The translations under genes were made by a program, and so were the position numbers. A stretch of DNA of 64,000 bases from Trichodelitschia bisporula. Taxonomy: Eukaryota. Each line of letters opens with the position of its first letter. Position 1 is the stretch's first letter. Positions 50,677 through 62,111 of this stretch are shown piece by piece. The notes beneath the pieces were generated by a model. That model ran no database searches and was not told where the DNA came from. It saw only the letters and a list, made by a program, of their open reading frames with translations. The stretch covers positions 372,001 through 436,000 of the forward strand of contig ML996700.1 of assembly GCA_010356995.1 (NCBI GenBank). The letters run 5' to 3'.

Positions 50677-52016
50677 GGTGCCAGTGGGTCTGTAGTCACC
50701 GTTAGCGTGCGCAGTAACGGCAGTAAGTGAGTCGTTAAGGCGACGATCAATGTGTGGATTAGGTTCCGCAACGGCTTGAACGTGTACACAAGTCCGAGGA
50801 TAGCGTAGGGAGATTGATATTAGCCACTGAAATGTGAGCATGTGAGCATAGAATGGCTGCTAAGGGACGCGAATACAGCGAGGATCACCATTATCACGGT
50901 TCGTAAGTCTGTAGATGAGAGAAAAGCAGGGTGTGAAGTCAAGAATGAAAGATGAGGTGTGAGGAGAGGGAATGAGGTCGAGGTTCGCGCAAGGACAACC
51001 CGTATCACATGATTTCGACACGGGTAGGGTACTCGTACCCTTGCTGATCCGAGAGACCCCTTGGACTTTTATGGTCAAGCTCTGTTCACATGGCGGCGCT
51101 GCGATGCTTACAAAGAACTATCTTTCTGACCATCAACGGGCCTTTCGAACCAATGTATTCAGAGATATATGCTAGCCGACAGAGCTGTATTCCGTACTGT
51201 CTGTTGCTAAAATTCTGTCGAGCTGCAGTGCTACCCATTTCTGGCCGATATCGGGTTCATATTGTGAGGATCTCTGGGACATCTTGATTGGAATGAGTAC
51301 TACAACGTCCAGACCAGATCAGACCAGATCAGGGCATTGAAGTCACTTTCTTTTGTGTGTGAAATGCTTTGTGCGATGTCCATTGCGCTTTGTGCTTTGT
51401 GCATTGTACTTTGAGTACGACTTGGGCACGCTGAAATTGCACCTCCCATGCGAAAGGCAGCAAGGCTGAAGCCATCTTTATCTCATCACTAGCCCAATTG
51501 AGCTAGCGCACATCTCTCAACTCTGATTGGATCCCAGGATGAGCGGGCCGAGAGACTTTCGGGTTATCGGACAGATCGGAGGCGACAGGTTCCGATTATA
51601 GCCGAAGCCGGAGAGACCAACAGAAATGGCGGCGAGAAACTTATCTCCAAAATCTTTTGCCAACAAATTCCCCACCTGATTCCTCACCAACTCACCACGA
51701 AACATCGTGGTGCTCCTCTCTTTACCCGTCCCTGGGCACCAAGACCCCATCAATTGCTCGTACAACACCCCGCTTTCTCGTCATTCCGGCTCTGATCGGC
51801 TCTATTGCATCATCAGGCTCAAAGCATCGCCACCAGCCAGTCAAGTGCCCCTTCGGGCGAGTGGGCCAGGTCGCAACGCTTTTTGTGCGCGAGGAAAGCT
51901 GTCCCTAGACTTGCCTACAGCTTCCAGTGTCCTCAATTTCGTACGCTCTTCCCTCTCACGGCCTGCCAGTGTGCTCCGGCTGCTTTCCCGTCACTGACTC
52001 TTCGCCCAGAGCAGCC

Positions 52017-55000
52017 ATGCGCTACCTCCGCCTTGCCTCCCGCGCCGCACCGCGCTGTCGTACACCCCTCCTCCGCAGCCCAGCGCTTGCACACTTTGTC
52101 CGCCGTCCCTTCTACTCGAGCAGCACGACAGACACCAAGACCGGTGCACCCAAACCCGGCGATGGCGCGCCCAAACGCTCGGCCTTTGCGCCGCTCGACA
52201 CCTTCCCCCACCGCCATATCGGGCCCTCGGTGTCAGACACTGACGCCATGCTGCAAAAGCTCGATCCACCAGTTGCCTCGCTCGACGAGTTTGTCAAGCA
52301 GGTGCTCCCGCCCGACGTCCTCTCCTCGCGCAATCTGCATATTGCCGGGCCGCGCGCCGATGAGGAGGGCTACTCTGAGAGCCAGCTGGTTGCCCGGCTG
52401 CGCACTATCGCTGGCCAGAATAAGGTGCTGCGCAGCTACATTGGGTGCGGATACGCGGGCACGCGCGTGCCGGAGGTTATTAAGCGCAATGTGCTCGAGG
52501 GCCCTGGGTGGTATACCAGCTACACGCCCTACCAGCCGGAGATCAGCCAGGGCCGGCTGGAGTCGCTGCTCAATTTCCAGACCATGGTGACGGATCTTAC
52601 CGGTCTGGAGATGGCGAACGCGTCGTTGCTGGACGAACCCACCGCCGCCGCGGAGGCCATGACTCTTTCTATCAACGCTCTGCCCATGTCCCGCCAGCGC
52701 CGCAAGAACAAGGTCTACTTCGTCTCGCACCTGCTCCACCCGCAGACCATCGCCGTGCTCGCCGCCCGCGCCGACGGCTTCGGCGTCGAGATCCGCGTCG
52801 GCGACGTGCTCGCCAACAACAGCCAGGCGGTCAAGGACGTGGGCGACGACCTCGTCGGCGTGCTCGTGCAGTACCCGGACACAGAGGGCGGAGTCGACGA
52901 CTTCCGCGCCCTCGCCGACACCACGCACAAGCTGGGCGGCACACTGAGCGTTGCGACCGATCTCCTCGCGCTGACGCTGCTCACGCCGCCGGGCGAGTTC
53001 GGCGCCGACGTGGCGTTCGGCAATGCGCAGCGCTTCGGCGTGCCGTTTGGCTTTGGCGGGCCGCACGCCGCGTTCTTCGCTACGAGCGAGAAGCACAAGC
53101 GCAAGATTCCGGGTCGCGTGATTGGGCTGTCTAAGGATAGGCTTGGGAATCCGGCGGCGAGGCTGGCGCTGCAGACGCGGGAGCAGCATATTCGTCGGGA
53201 GAAGGCGACGAGCAATATTTGCACTGCGCAGGCGCTGTTGGCGAATATGAGTGCCTTTTATGCTGTCTATCACGGACCTGAGGGCCTGCGCCGGATTGCG
53301 GAGCGGACTGTTACGATTGCGCGCACGCTGCAGAAGGGCCTTCAGGATATGGGCTTCCAGACGGGACGGCGGGGCACGCCTGAGGGCACCTTCGAGCCGG
53401 TGCAGTTTGACACGGTTATTGTGAAGGTTGCGAGTGCGCAGGAGACGCTTGCGGTGGCCGTGGAGCAGAAGGGGATCAACCTGCGGCTGCTGGACGACAC
53501 GCATGTCGGCATTACGGTCGACGAGACGGTTGAGCAGCAGGATCTCGAGGATATTCTCTCTGTTTTCCAGTCTTTCTCGGACAACAAGGCACCGCTCGAT
53601 CTCGAGGCGATTGCTTCTTCGGTCGGATACGCGGCACAACCTACACCCGCCCCCTTCGCGCGCTCTACACCCTACCTCACGCATCCCGTCTTCAACAAGT
53701 ACCACTCAGAGACAGAACTGCTGCGCTACATCCACCACCTCCAAAGCAAAGACCTCTCCCTAACCCACTCCATGATCCCCCTCGGCTCCTGCACCATGAA
53801 ACTCAACGCCACCACCGAAATGCTCCCCATAACCTGGCCGGAGTTCGCCAACATCCACCCCTTCGTCCCTCCCTCGCAAGCCGCCGGGTACGCCACCATG
53901 ATCGCCGAGCTCGAAACCGATCTCGCGGAGGTAACCGGCTTCGCCGCCGTCTCCCTGCAGCCCAACTCCGGCGCACAAGGCGAGTTCACGGGCCTGCGCG
54001 TCATCCGCGCTTTCCTGTCCCAGCAACCCGACGGCGCGAAGCGGGATATCTGCCTGATTCCCGTGTCTGCGCACGGCACGAACCCTGCCTCTGCTGCTAT
54101 GGCGGGCATGCGCGTCGTCCCCGTCAAATGCGACCCCGGGACCGGCAACCTCGACGTCAGCGACCTGGAAGCCAAGTGCGCGAAGCACGCCTCCGAACTC
54201 GGCGCCATTATGATAACCTACCCGAGCACATTCGGCGTGTTCGAGCCTGCGATCCGGCGCGCGTGCGAGCTCGTCCACGCGGCGGGCGGGCAGGTGTACA
54301 TGGATGGCGCGAACATGAATGCGCAGATCGGGCTCTGCTCACCTGGTGAAATCGGCGCGGATGTATGCCATCTCAATTTGCATAAGACGTTTTGCATTCC
54401 GCATGGAGGGGGTGGGCCGGGCGTCGGGCCGATCGGTGTCAAGGCGCATCTTGCGCCTTTCTTGCCGGGCCATCCGCTCGTGGCGACGGGGGGGGAGAAG
54501 GCGATTGGGCCGGTGAGCGGGGCGCCGTGGGGGAGTGCGGGGATTTTGCCGATTTCGTGGGCGTATGTTAAGATGATGGGGGCGCGGGGTCTGACGGAGG
54601 CGACGAAGGTGACGCTGCTGAATGCGAACTACCTGCTCAGCCGGCTGCGGCCGCACTACCCCATCATGTACACCAACTCCAAGGGGCGGTGCGCACACGA
54701 ATTCATCCTCGACACGCGCCACTTCAAAGACAGCGCCGGGATCGAGGCGATCGACATCGCGAAGCGGCTCCAAGACTACGGGTTCCACGCGCCGACGATG
54801 AGCTGGCCCGTTGCTGGGACGCTGATGATCGAGCCAACGGAGAGCGAGGGCCGGGAGGAGTTGGATCGTTTCGTGGATGCCCTTATTAGCATCCGGAAGG
54901 AGATTGAGGCGGTGGAGAAGGGCGATATGCCCCGCGAGGGGAATGTGCTTAAGATGGCGCCGCATAGTTTGAGGGATTTGTTGCAGAAGGGGGAGTGGAG

Positions 55001-55196
55001 TCGCCCGTATAGCCGTGATCAGGCGGCTTATCCGCTGCCTTGGCTGAGGGAGAAGAAGTTCTGGCCGAGTGTTACGAGGCTGGATGATGGTGAGTCTGCC
55101 CCCCTGAGTGGTGGGTGCCCGGCTAACTGTCCAGCGTATGGTGATACGAACCTGTTCTGCACGTGCTCGCCTGTTGCCAGCGAGAGTGAGGCATAG
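52017..55196 (+). CDS. GCV2: Glycine dehydrogenase (glycine cleavage system P protein), mitochondrial
   Basis: WYTSYTPYQPEISQGRLESLLNFQ, REKATSNICTAQALLAN, MIPLGSCTMKLN, HLNLHKTFCIPHGGGGPG (PLP lysine); ATG 52017; intron 55090-55134. Confidence 0.98.
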   Translation: MRYLRLASRAAPRCRTPLLRSPALAHFVRRPFYSSSTTDTKTGAPKPGDGAPKRSAFAPLDTFPHRHIGPSVSDTDAMLQKLDPPVASLDEFVKQVLPPDVLSSRNLHIAGPRADEEGYSESQLVARLRTIAGQNKVLRSYIGCGYAGTRVPEVIKRNVLEGPGWYTSYTPYQPEISQGRLESLLNFQTMVTDLTGLEMANASLLDEPTAAAEAMTLSINALPMSRQRRKNKVYFVSHLLHPQTIAVLAARADGFGVEIRVGDVLANNSQAVKDVGDDLVGVLVQYPDTEGGVDDFRALADTTHKLGGTLSVATDLLALTLLTPPGEFGADVAFGNAQRFGVPFGFGGPHAAFFATSEKHKRKIPGRVIGLSKDRLGNPAARLALQTREQHIRREKATSNICTAQALLANMSAFYAVYHGPEGLRRIAERTVTIARTLQKGLQDMGFQTGRRGTPEGTFEPVQFDTVIVKVASAQETLAVAVEQKGINLRLLDDTHVGITVDETVEQQDLEDILSVFQSFSDNKAPLDLEAIASSVGYAAQPTPAPFARSTPYLTHPVFNKYHSETELLRYIHHLQSKDLSLTHSMIPLGSCTMKLNATTEMLPITWPEFANIHPFVPPSQAAGYATMIAELETDLAEVTGFAAVSLQPNSGAQGEFTGLRVIRAFLSQQPDGAKRDICLIPVSAHGTNPASAAMAGMRVVPVKCDPGTGNLDVSDLEAKCAKHASELGAIMITYPSTFGVFEPAIRRACELVHAAGGQVYMDGANMNAQIGLCSPGEIGADVCHLNLHKTFCIPHGGGGPGVGPIGVKAHLAPFLPGHPLVATGGEKAIGPVSGAPWGSAGILPISWAYVKMMGARGLTEATKVTLLNANYLLSRLRPHYPIMYTNSKGRCAHEFILDTRHFKDSAGIEAIDIAKRLQDYGFHAPTMSWPVAGTLMIEPTESEGREELDRFVDALISIRKEIEAVEKGDMPREGNVLKMAPHSLRDLLQKGEWSRPYSRDQAAYPLPWLREKKFWPSVTRLDDGESAPLSGGCPANCPAYGDTNLFCTCSPVASESEA

Positions 55197-56004
55197 ACAC
55201 AGACGGCGCGGGGTATGTATTTTCATTTTGGCTATCTGCATAGACACGGAGCGGGCAAAACAGGCTCCAGCGTGGGCGTTGGGATAGTATTTAACACGGC
55301 GTCTCGGAGTTGGTTTTCAACACTACACGGGATGCTACGGCCTAACCTTATGGGCGGGGGGCGAAAGGTGCGATCTGCGATTTAACATGCGGCGTACGAT
55401 GTGGTTGAGGCGTTTTTGGCTCCAAAGATCTTTGGGCTGGGTTCAACAATCCCCAGCGGTTTGGATGGTGTTCTGGTACGGATAGATGAGTGTGAGCAGA
55501 TGAATGGGAGATTCGAGATGCCGTTCGTGTTGATGGTGCTGATAACACAGGCGCTTCTTAATGCCGTGTTCCCGTTTACCAGGCTCTGGGATCAACACTC
55601 ATTTGATCATGAAGTCATACGGGAAATTGCCGCAGAACTGACTCCCGACTCCGAAGAGCCTCACCCTCTCTCTGTTCACGATCCTGCCATCATTGATGCC
55701 CTTACTCTACTCCCCAACGATACCTGGACCCCTGTCACAGCTCACTGAGAGCTATCACATTACCTCACCCCCTCATACTCCTCGACGTTTATTGCCAAGC
55801 CGCCCGGTAGCTCCTTCCTCACTACTGAGTTCAAGCATGAAACTCATGGCCGCAACCGCGCGGCTGAGTCACACCCCCGTCAATCGCTGTCGACGTCATT
55901 CGCTCTCGGCGAACAGTCACTGCAATCGCAAGGAAGGCACGGTGACTGGCAGATGCTACCTCCATCGTGACTTCCTCTCCACCTCCACTTTCTTCTCCAT
56001 GAAC

Positions 56005-56076
56005 AACCCCACAACCCCATAACCCCATAACCCCATAACCCCATAACCCCATAACCCCATAACCCCACAACCCCAC
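56005..56076 (+). repeat. 8-bp tandem repeat (AACCCCAY)9
   Basis: AACCCCAC, six AACCCCAT, two AACCCCAC. Confidence 0.95.
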
Positions 56077-56612
56077 ATCTGCACAACTATCCCCACTATT
56101 CCCCTCCATCTCCACGTTCCTATACCCACAATCCTCCGCTGCCTCTTACTCTCAACCATATATACAGGAGGCTGGACGTCCGCGGACCTCTCCGCACCAC
56201 CTCACAGATCGCCCGGATCGTCCCTTCGCTCGCGCTCTTTTTACCTCTCCTCATCGTCTTTGCCGCTCCCTTACTTCTTATATATATACCACAGGGCGAA
56301 TGCTCTTCCAGTCGAACTGCCCCTAAGCACCTCTATAGGGAATAGCATTGGATTTTCTGAAGGGCCAGTTCATTAAGATCGGCCCCCCGTGTCACCACCG
56401 TTATCGATCCCGCCGACTTCTTCCTGGAGCCGTACCGTGTACCAGCCGACTTCACCACCATATAGGCCATGGTTCGCCTTTCCCGACCCCACGCCCCTCA
56501 CCCCGGCATCGCCCTATGACATAGACGGCTCTGCGCCGTGTGTCTGGCTGTGCGTCTGGAGCTACCTGAAGGGATTCGACACCATCGACTAGCCCAATGA
56601 ATACCACACAAA

Positions 56613-56733
56613 TCTACGACCTAGAAGATATCTGTCTATTCCGTGCCCGGTACTGCACACTCATAACCTGTCCGTACGCTGCTAATGCGCACTAGATCTT
56701 AAGAACACTAGTGACGACGCGCTGTCGAACTAT
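56613..56733 (+). pseudogene. 5' fragment of signal peptidase complex subunit 2 (SPC2/SPC25)
   Basis: Splicing out 56650-56695 (GTACTG..GCTAAT..TAG) gives STT*KISVYSVPDLKNTSDDALSNY, resembling the fungal SPC2 N-terminus; in-frame TAG at 56622, no ATG, no recognisable continuation. Confidence 0.7.
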
Positions 56734-57094
56734 GGTACGTCTGCGGCAAATGTACCAAATATCACTGCTATGTCAACGAGCCCCTCGAAAGGAAGATCTC
56801 GCCGCTTCTTCGTATTTCGAAGCAATCTGCAACAGGCTTGGGTCCAAACCGAGGTGCTTTGGCGGCTGCTTCCCTTCACTTCTGCCTCGACTTCGGGGCG
56901 GAGGCGCAGGCAGCTTCGAAGCTCCGGCGTGTATATAGCGCACTCGGCGCACCCTCTTCTCATCTTCCAACTCTCCGACCTCCTTCGAGTTCTCACAAAC
57001 ATTGTTTACCAACAATCACGATCCCCCACTGAACTTCCTCACCATCAACTTCTTTCAACACACACTACGCCCTCATCATCGTCCCTTCTTCACG

Positions 57095-57434
57095 ATGGCA
57101 GGCCGGAATCCTCAGAGGCACAGTGTGGGGCGCGAGCAGGTCGAGCCAGGGTGTTCGGGTAACTCAGCCTTATCCTCAGGCTACGTCTCCTTCTCCTGTT
57201 GCGGCTTATCCTCTGGTTACGACTCCTTCACCGGCTGCGGCTCCGCCTCGCTCGCCGGCTCCCTCAGGGGGGTTGGGCGCGAGCAGGTGGAGCCAGAACG
57301 CTCCTGTGAAAACTCCGTTGGCGGCGGCTCCACATAGCTCACCAGCTCCCTCAGGGGGGCTGGAGCAGAGCCGGTGGAGCCATAATGCTCCTACTGCCAC
57401 CTCTTCCACATCGGCTACCGCCCCTGCAGCCTGA
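57095..57434 (+). pseudogene. Frameshifted small ORF with three GASRWS-like repeats
   Basis: ATG 57095 (MAGRNPQRHSVG) is one base out of frame with GASRSS..GGLGASRWS..GGLEQSRWS; DNA repeat GCTCCCTCAGGGGGG..GGTGGAGCCA. Confidence 0.4.
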
Positions 57435-58078
57435 TCCTTCAACGAGCAACCGCGCAATCCAAGCACCGGGCTTCTCCAACTCCGAGGCTCGGCGGTAATG
57501 CGCGAATACCCCTCGCAAAGCCCAAGGTACTCAGCCAGCCGGATCCTCCTCTGCCAACACCTCGCGTAGAAGGCAATCATCCGCTCGCCCCTACTCCGCA
57601 AATACCGCCTGGGGATGATGATTGAGATGACAAACACTCCGTCGGGGAGTGTCCTCCTCTGTATATATTATCTTCGTATGTATAGAGTGCCCTGGCTGAA
57701 TGCGCTTTCCTAAACCTCATGCGAAGTCCGCACTGCGGTTATGTTTCGCACAACCCATCCCCATAGATTACTTCTCCAACTCTTTATTCTAGTTCTCGAA
57801 GCAATCAAGGTTTTCACGCCGCACTCTGCTCTCTCCGGGACAGACAGGGCCGAGGACGAGCGTCAGCATCTCGAGCGCCATCCTCGCCGGATGGCCTTTT
57901 TTATAAAATAAAAACAGGCGTCTTCACTATTATGAAGTAATTCCGTTCAGGGGGAGGGGGCCGAGTGGTTAGGGAGTACTGAGGTGTTGAGGAAACACTG
58001 GGAGGCGCATAGGAGCCCGGTTCCGTAGTATAAAATTCTCACGGTTAAATCGAGTTCCCTTGATACGACTACCCATCG

Positions 58079-58255
58079 CTAGAGTGAAACTGATGGTGGA
58101 AGCACCGCTAGCTCACCGTGAAGAGGTTTGCGGATCAGGGCTACTTCATGCGGGCTGGGAGGACATGATGTCAGAAGTCTGGCCGCACCTGCCGCTCCGA
58201 TCCCGGGGCCACCAACGATGACATCAAGGCCCTCTAAAGAGACCTTAACGCCCAT
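58079..58255 (-). pseudogene. Possible N-terminal Rossmann (FAD-binding) fragment of an oxidoreductase
   Basis: MGVKVSLEGLDVIVGGPGIGAAGAARLL..HEVALI resembles a GxGxxG/A dinucleotide-binding motif, but the ORF ends after 58 aa. Confidence 0.35.
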
Positions 58256-58530
58256 TGAAACGCGGCGGGGCGAGCGTGGGATTGTAAGAGCAAGTACAAC
58301 ACCAGGAAATGGTGCCCAGATAGGCTCGCGGTAACTCCATGGAGAATGCTTGTAGGAATACGTAGCGCCCGGAAACCAGTCCGCGGCTGAGAACAAAGAA
58401 ACGAAATAGGAGATCGCTGGCCAGCGATTGAAGCAAAGGAAACGGGCAGTCTATCACCTCCTCCTCATCTCCCTCTTACCAATCCCTACCCCACTCCCTC
58501 ATTCCCTTTCCTCTCCCCCCCTCTATCTCT

Positions 58531-58605
58531 NNNNNNNNNNNNNNNNNNNNNNNNNNNNNNNNNNNNNNNNNNNNNNNNNNNNNNNNNNNNNNNNNNNNNN
58601 NNNNN
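58531..58605. other. Assembly gap (N run)
   Basis: 75 N bases within CT-rich sequence. Confidence 1.
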
Positions 58606-58918
58606 TCCCCCTCAACCTCCTTCGCCGTCAACATAAGCAGCGCCAGAATCGCAATCTCCGGACTACGGAAATAATTCTGGCGTGGCGTGGCCAATAGCCG
58701 GCGGCGCACAACGCGCGTGTTGGGATCTAAGTCCACGAGCCAGGCGTAGTAGCTCTTTTCGCCGCGGCCGAGCTCGACTTCGCCGAAGAGGATGCGGAGT
58801 GCGGCGGCGGGGACGGTGGGGTAGAGGACGAAGGCGTTGTCTGTGGGACGTTAGTTGGGGGGTTGATGGGGGAGGAAGGCGTACCGAGGATTTGCTCGCG
58901 GTAGTAGGAGAGTGCCAT
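58606..58918 (-). CDS. Small hypothetical protein running into the assembly gap
   Basis: GCCATGG start; MALSYYREQIL, intron (GTACGC..ACTAAC..CAG), then DNAFVLYPTVP..EIAILALLMLTAKEVEG open up to the gap; 3' end unresolved. Confidence 0.55.
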
Positions 58919-59722
58919 GGCGGCGGTTCGGCGACGGTTCGGCGTCAAAGAACTCAGCGAGAGGCGAATGCTGTCAAATCCACACCCAAACACAACCGTG
59001 ACGTGAAACGCAAACGCCCCTCCATCCACTTCAAATATCCCCCCTCTCCCCCTCAATCGCTCGATTGCCCATCGTCGTCTAAGCCACAACTCACCTTCAC
59101 CCCAATTGCGACCTAAGTCCCATCGCGCAAACCGGAGCAACGACACCCAATGCCTAGAAGCCTCACAGGGTATTTTACCATCCCCCTGGGAGTGCGGCCC
59201 TTCGCGGCGACGAGAGCTGTATATCTGCGTCTGGCAGCCTGGTGGAGCGCGACACAGCTTACCGCCGCCTAAGCTCTCCGCAGAACAGCCAACTCTCCAT
59301 CGTAGTACAAGCGGCGGCGGTCAGTCAGCGGACCGTAGCGCAATGCATGTTTCTTCCTGTAGCCTAACCAAACATCGGGGCAGCCGGGCGAAGTGCATTT
59401 TCATCTGGAAAGTCTGTAGAAGCGGCGTAGAAACAGCCTCGCCGCGCCACACCAGCAGCACAGCCTCGGGACCCCCGGACCCCGCAAGCACGCACGAATC
59501 AAACCCCGCCCCGTCTCCGGGGTCAATAACGTCCCACCGCGCACCGCCACATTGCGCCAAGGGGGGTGCTCATCACCTTTCTTGCCCGCATCTCGGAGCA
59601 TCTCACAGCATATTCCCATTCCTTTCCCAATTTTCGCGTCAATTGCTGCCTCGCTCCGCGGCGTGGCCATTGGTAGTATCTTAATCTTTGATTATTTCGA
59701 CAGGCACTCTCCATGCAGCGCA

Positions 59723-61131
59723 ATGACGACCCCAGACGCGTCATTCTCGCTCCCGCCGCACACACCGCGCGCAGCCGCCTCGCGCCGCACGCGCCCCCTC
59801 CGCGCGCAGCCGCTCGTCGAGGAACGCGAGAGGTTCGGACTGCAATTGGTGCCGCCGCGAAGGGGCGGGCCGGTGCCGTGGTTGAATGCGACGAGGGCGG
59901 AGTTTCGGCATGTGGGGAGGAGGGCGGAGGATGAGGAGAAAGAGAGGGAGAGGGAGAGGGACAGGGAGAGGGAGGGTGGTGAGCATGAGCACGAGCACGA
60001 GCACAAAAGGTCTGATGGGCTCGGGTCGCATGCGCCTGCGGCTGCGGTGGGCTTTCGCTGGACGAGCCGCAATCATCGCAAGGGAAGGCATCAGCTGGTG
60101 TATGTGCGGGAGCGGGCGAAGGGTGTGGTGGGCACGACGCGGTATCTGGTGCCGGAGGGGAAGGCGGTGCTGCGGACGTTCTGGCGCATGGTGGTTGAGT
60201 ATCCGTGGTGGGATGTGTCGTGGCTCGTGGCGTGGGTGTTTACGTGGGGGAGTATTATATGGGTGCTTAATAGCTTGTAGGAGCTCCTTCATTCCGGTAC
60301 GTGCCGCTTGCTAACTGGCGTAGTTTCGTGTGGCTCCCTGTGCAGACCCCGTCGAGCGAGTTTGGCACCGAAGTTCTTTACGGCGGCGGCATTACGGCTT
60401 TCATCGGCGCTACGATATTCGAGTTTGGCTCCGTGCTGCTCCTGCTCGAAGCTATCAACGACTCACGCACCGCGTGTTTCGGCTGGGCCGTTCACGAGGT
60501 GCTCGACAACGCTCACGTGCAGCGTGCTCTCTTCCGGCTGGAGCCCGACATGGACGGGTGCGGGCATCACCATAGCCAACGGCCCAGGCAGCGGGAACGC
60601 GCTTGGATCTGGTGGCCGACGTGGGCGGAGTTACGCTCGCACTATCTCTTTGAGCTGGGATTCCTGGCAAGCGCGTTCCAGATGGCGGGCGCGACGGTAT
60701 TCTGGGTATCGGGGTTTACAGCGTTGCCGGGGATCTACGATCATATGACACCCGGTCAAGAGTTGGGTGCGTTTTGGATACCGCAGATTGTCGGTGGCAG
60801 TGGGTTTATCATCAGTGGACTGCTGTTTACGCTCGAGACGCAAACGAGATGGTGGAAGCCTCAGCTTACCGTGTTGGGTTGGTATGTTGGGGTCTTTAAT
60901 ATGATCGGTGGGGTCGGGTTCACGCTGTGTCCGATCTTCGGGCTGTATGGATGGGGCGACTATCAAAGCACGCTGAGTACGTTTTGGGGAAGCTGGGCGT
61001 TCTTGATTGGGAGCACGATCCAGCTGTATGAGAGTTTGGGGAAGACGCCGGTGGACGAGGTGGAGGGACTGAGTGGTGACGAGTGGGAAGCAGGGAAGGG
61101 AAAAGAGAAAAGAGAAAAAGAGGACGCTTGA
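59723..61131 (+). CDS. Multi-pass integral membrane protein (YrhK-like repeats)
   Basis: RWTSRNHRKGRH, YPWWDVSWLVAWVFTWGSIIWV, AFIGATIFEFGS, STFWGSWAFLIGSTIQLYE; intron 60277-60323. Confidence 0.85.
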
Positions 61132-62111
61132 TGTAGGCGCTTGTGCAAGGGATCGGCCATTTATGGGTAGCGGATCTAGGTAACGCGCCGTTGCAGACTG
61201 TACTATGGCGGGAGCGGACAACGGGAGGTGGAGTGGACCACGAGAGTGAGTCGGCGGTAGGGCTTAGGGTGTTGATCTGTTCAACCGGAATTTTAGCAAA
61301 GAGAACGGCGCGTGGAGAGAAAAGTCGGATGTTTCACAGCTTGTAAATGATGCAAACGGGATGGGGTACATAATGCAGGCAACTCCATCCGCGCGTGCCG
61401 AGAGTTGGGTGCGACGTGGGGGGGCAGCCGTTGAGCATGCAGATTCTGAAGAGATGCAGGAGGTTGTGCAACTGTCAGAGACGGAGGGCATTGTACATGT
61501 TTTGGACCGTTGCTCAAGTTATGGGATGAAACGGACAATGAAGAAGAAAGTCGATATGGACTTCAATTATCGTGATGATTGGTGATGCTGACAATGGTGT
61601 TGTTGAGGAGAGGAGGGGCGTTCGGTTCTCCACCTCTCGGCTCAAGGGCTTGAAGCCACCCAGCCCATGCGTGCCACACCCGTCTCAGCCACCGAAGAAA
61701 GGAGGCCGACCCCTGCTGATCGCTGCTTCCTTCAGACTCTTTATCGCGAACCGCGAACCCGACGTCATCCGGAGATCCGAAGAGATGATAGGCAAAACAG
61801 GGAAGAAGAGTGGGAGAAGAGAAGATTGGGCCGCATTTCTTTCTCTGATCACAAGGCCTTTATGCGCGCTTAAGAACACTAGACGAGCGTCTAAATGGCT
61901 CGGCCTGCACTAATCGAGAGCATCGCGTGTCTTGAGTTCTTGACAGGTCAAAGTGTTTCAAACGGTCGGCAGACCGACAATGCAAGGATAAGGCCGGGGA
62001 TGTGCCGCAAGCCACTGATAGGCGTGTGCGCCGCCTTTCCCCACTCCGGGATTTGAAGTCGTGCAAACGTCCAATGGGCGTGTCGCCTACAACCTCGAGA
62101 TAATGTGGATA

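Noticed and set aside
5414..55134. Stop-free introns of length 3n (transporter intron 1, seipin intron 2, CoA-transferase intron 3, GCV2)
   Set aside because: With about 30 very short introns a handful are expected by chance; conserved motifs are restored only on splicing.
3195..55196. Functional cluster of ETR1 (lipoate precursor synthesis) with lipoate-dependent GCV2
   Set aside because: About 48 kb apart with many unrelated genes between; no evidence of clustering.
52233..55247. Long antisense ORFs (490 and 302 aa) over GCV2, and similar ones over other genes
   Set aside because: Shadow ORFs caused by GC-rich codon usage of the real gene.
57950..58060. tRNA-like GGCCGAGTGGTTAGG (A-box/D-arm resemblance)
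   Set aside because: No GTTCRA T-loop and no convincing cloverleaf.
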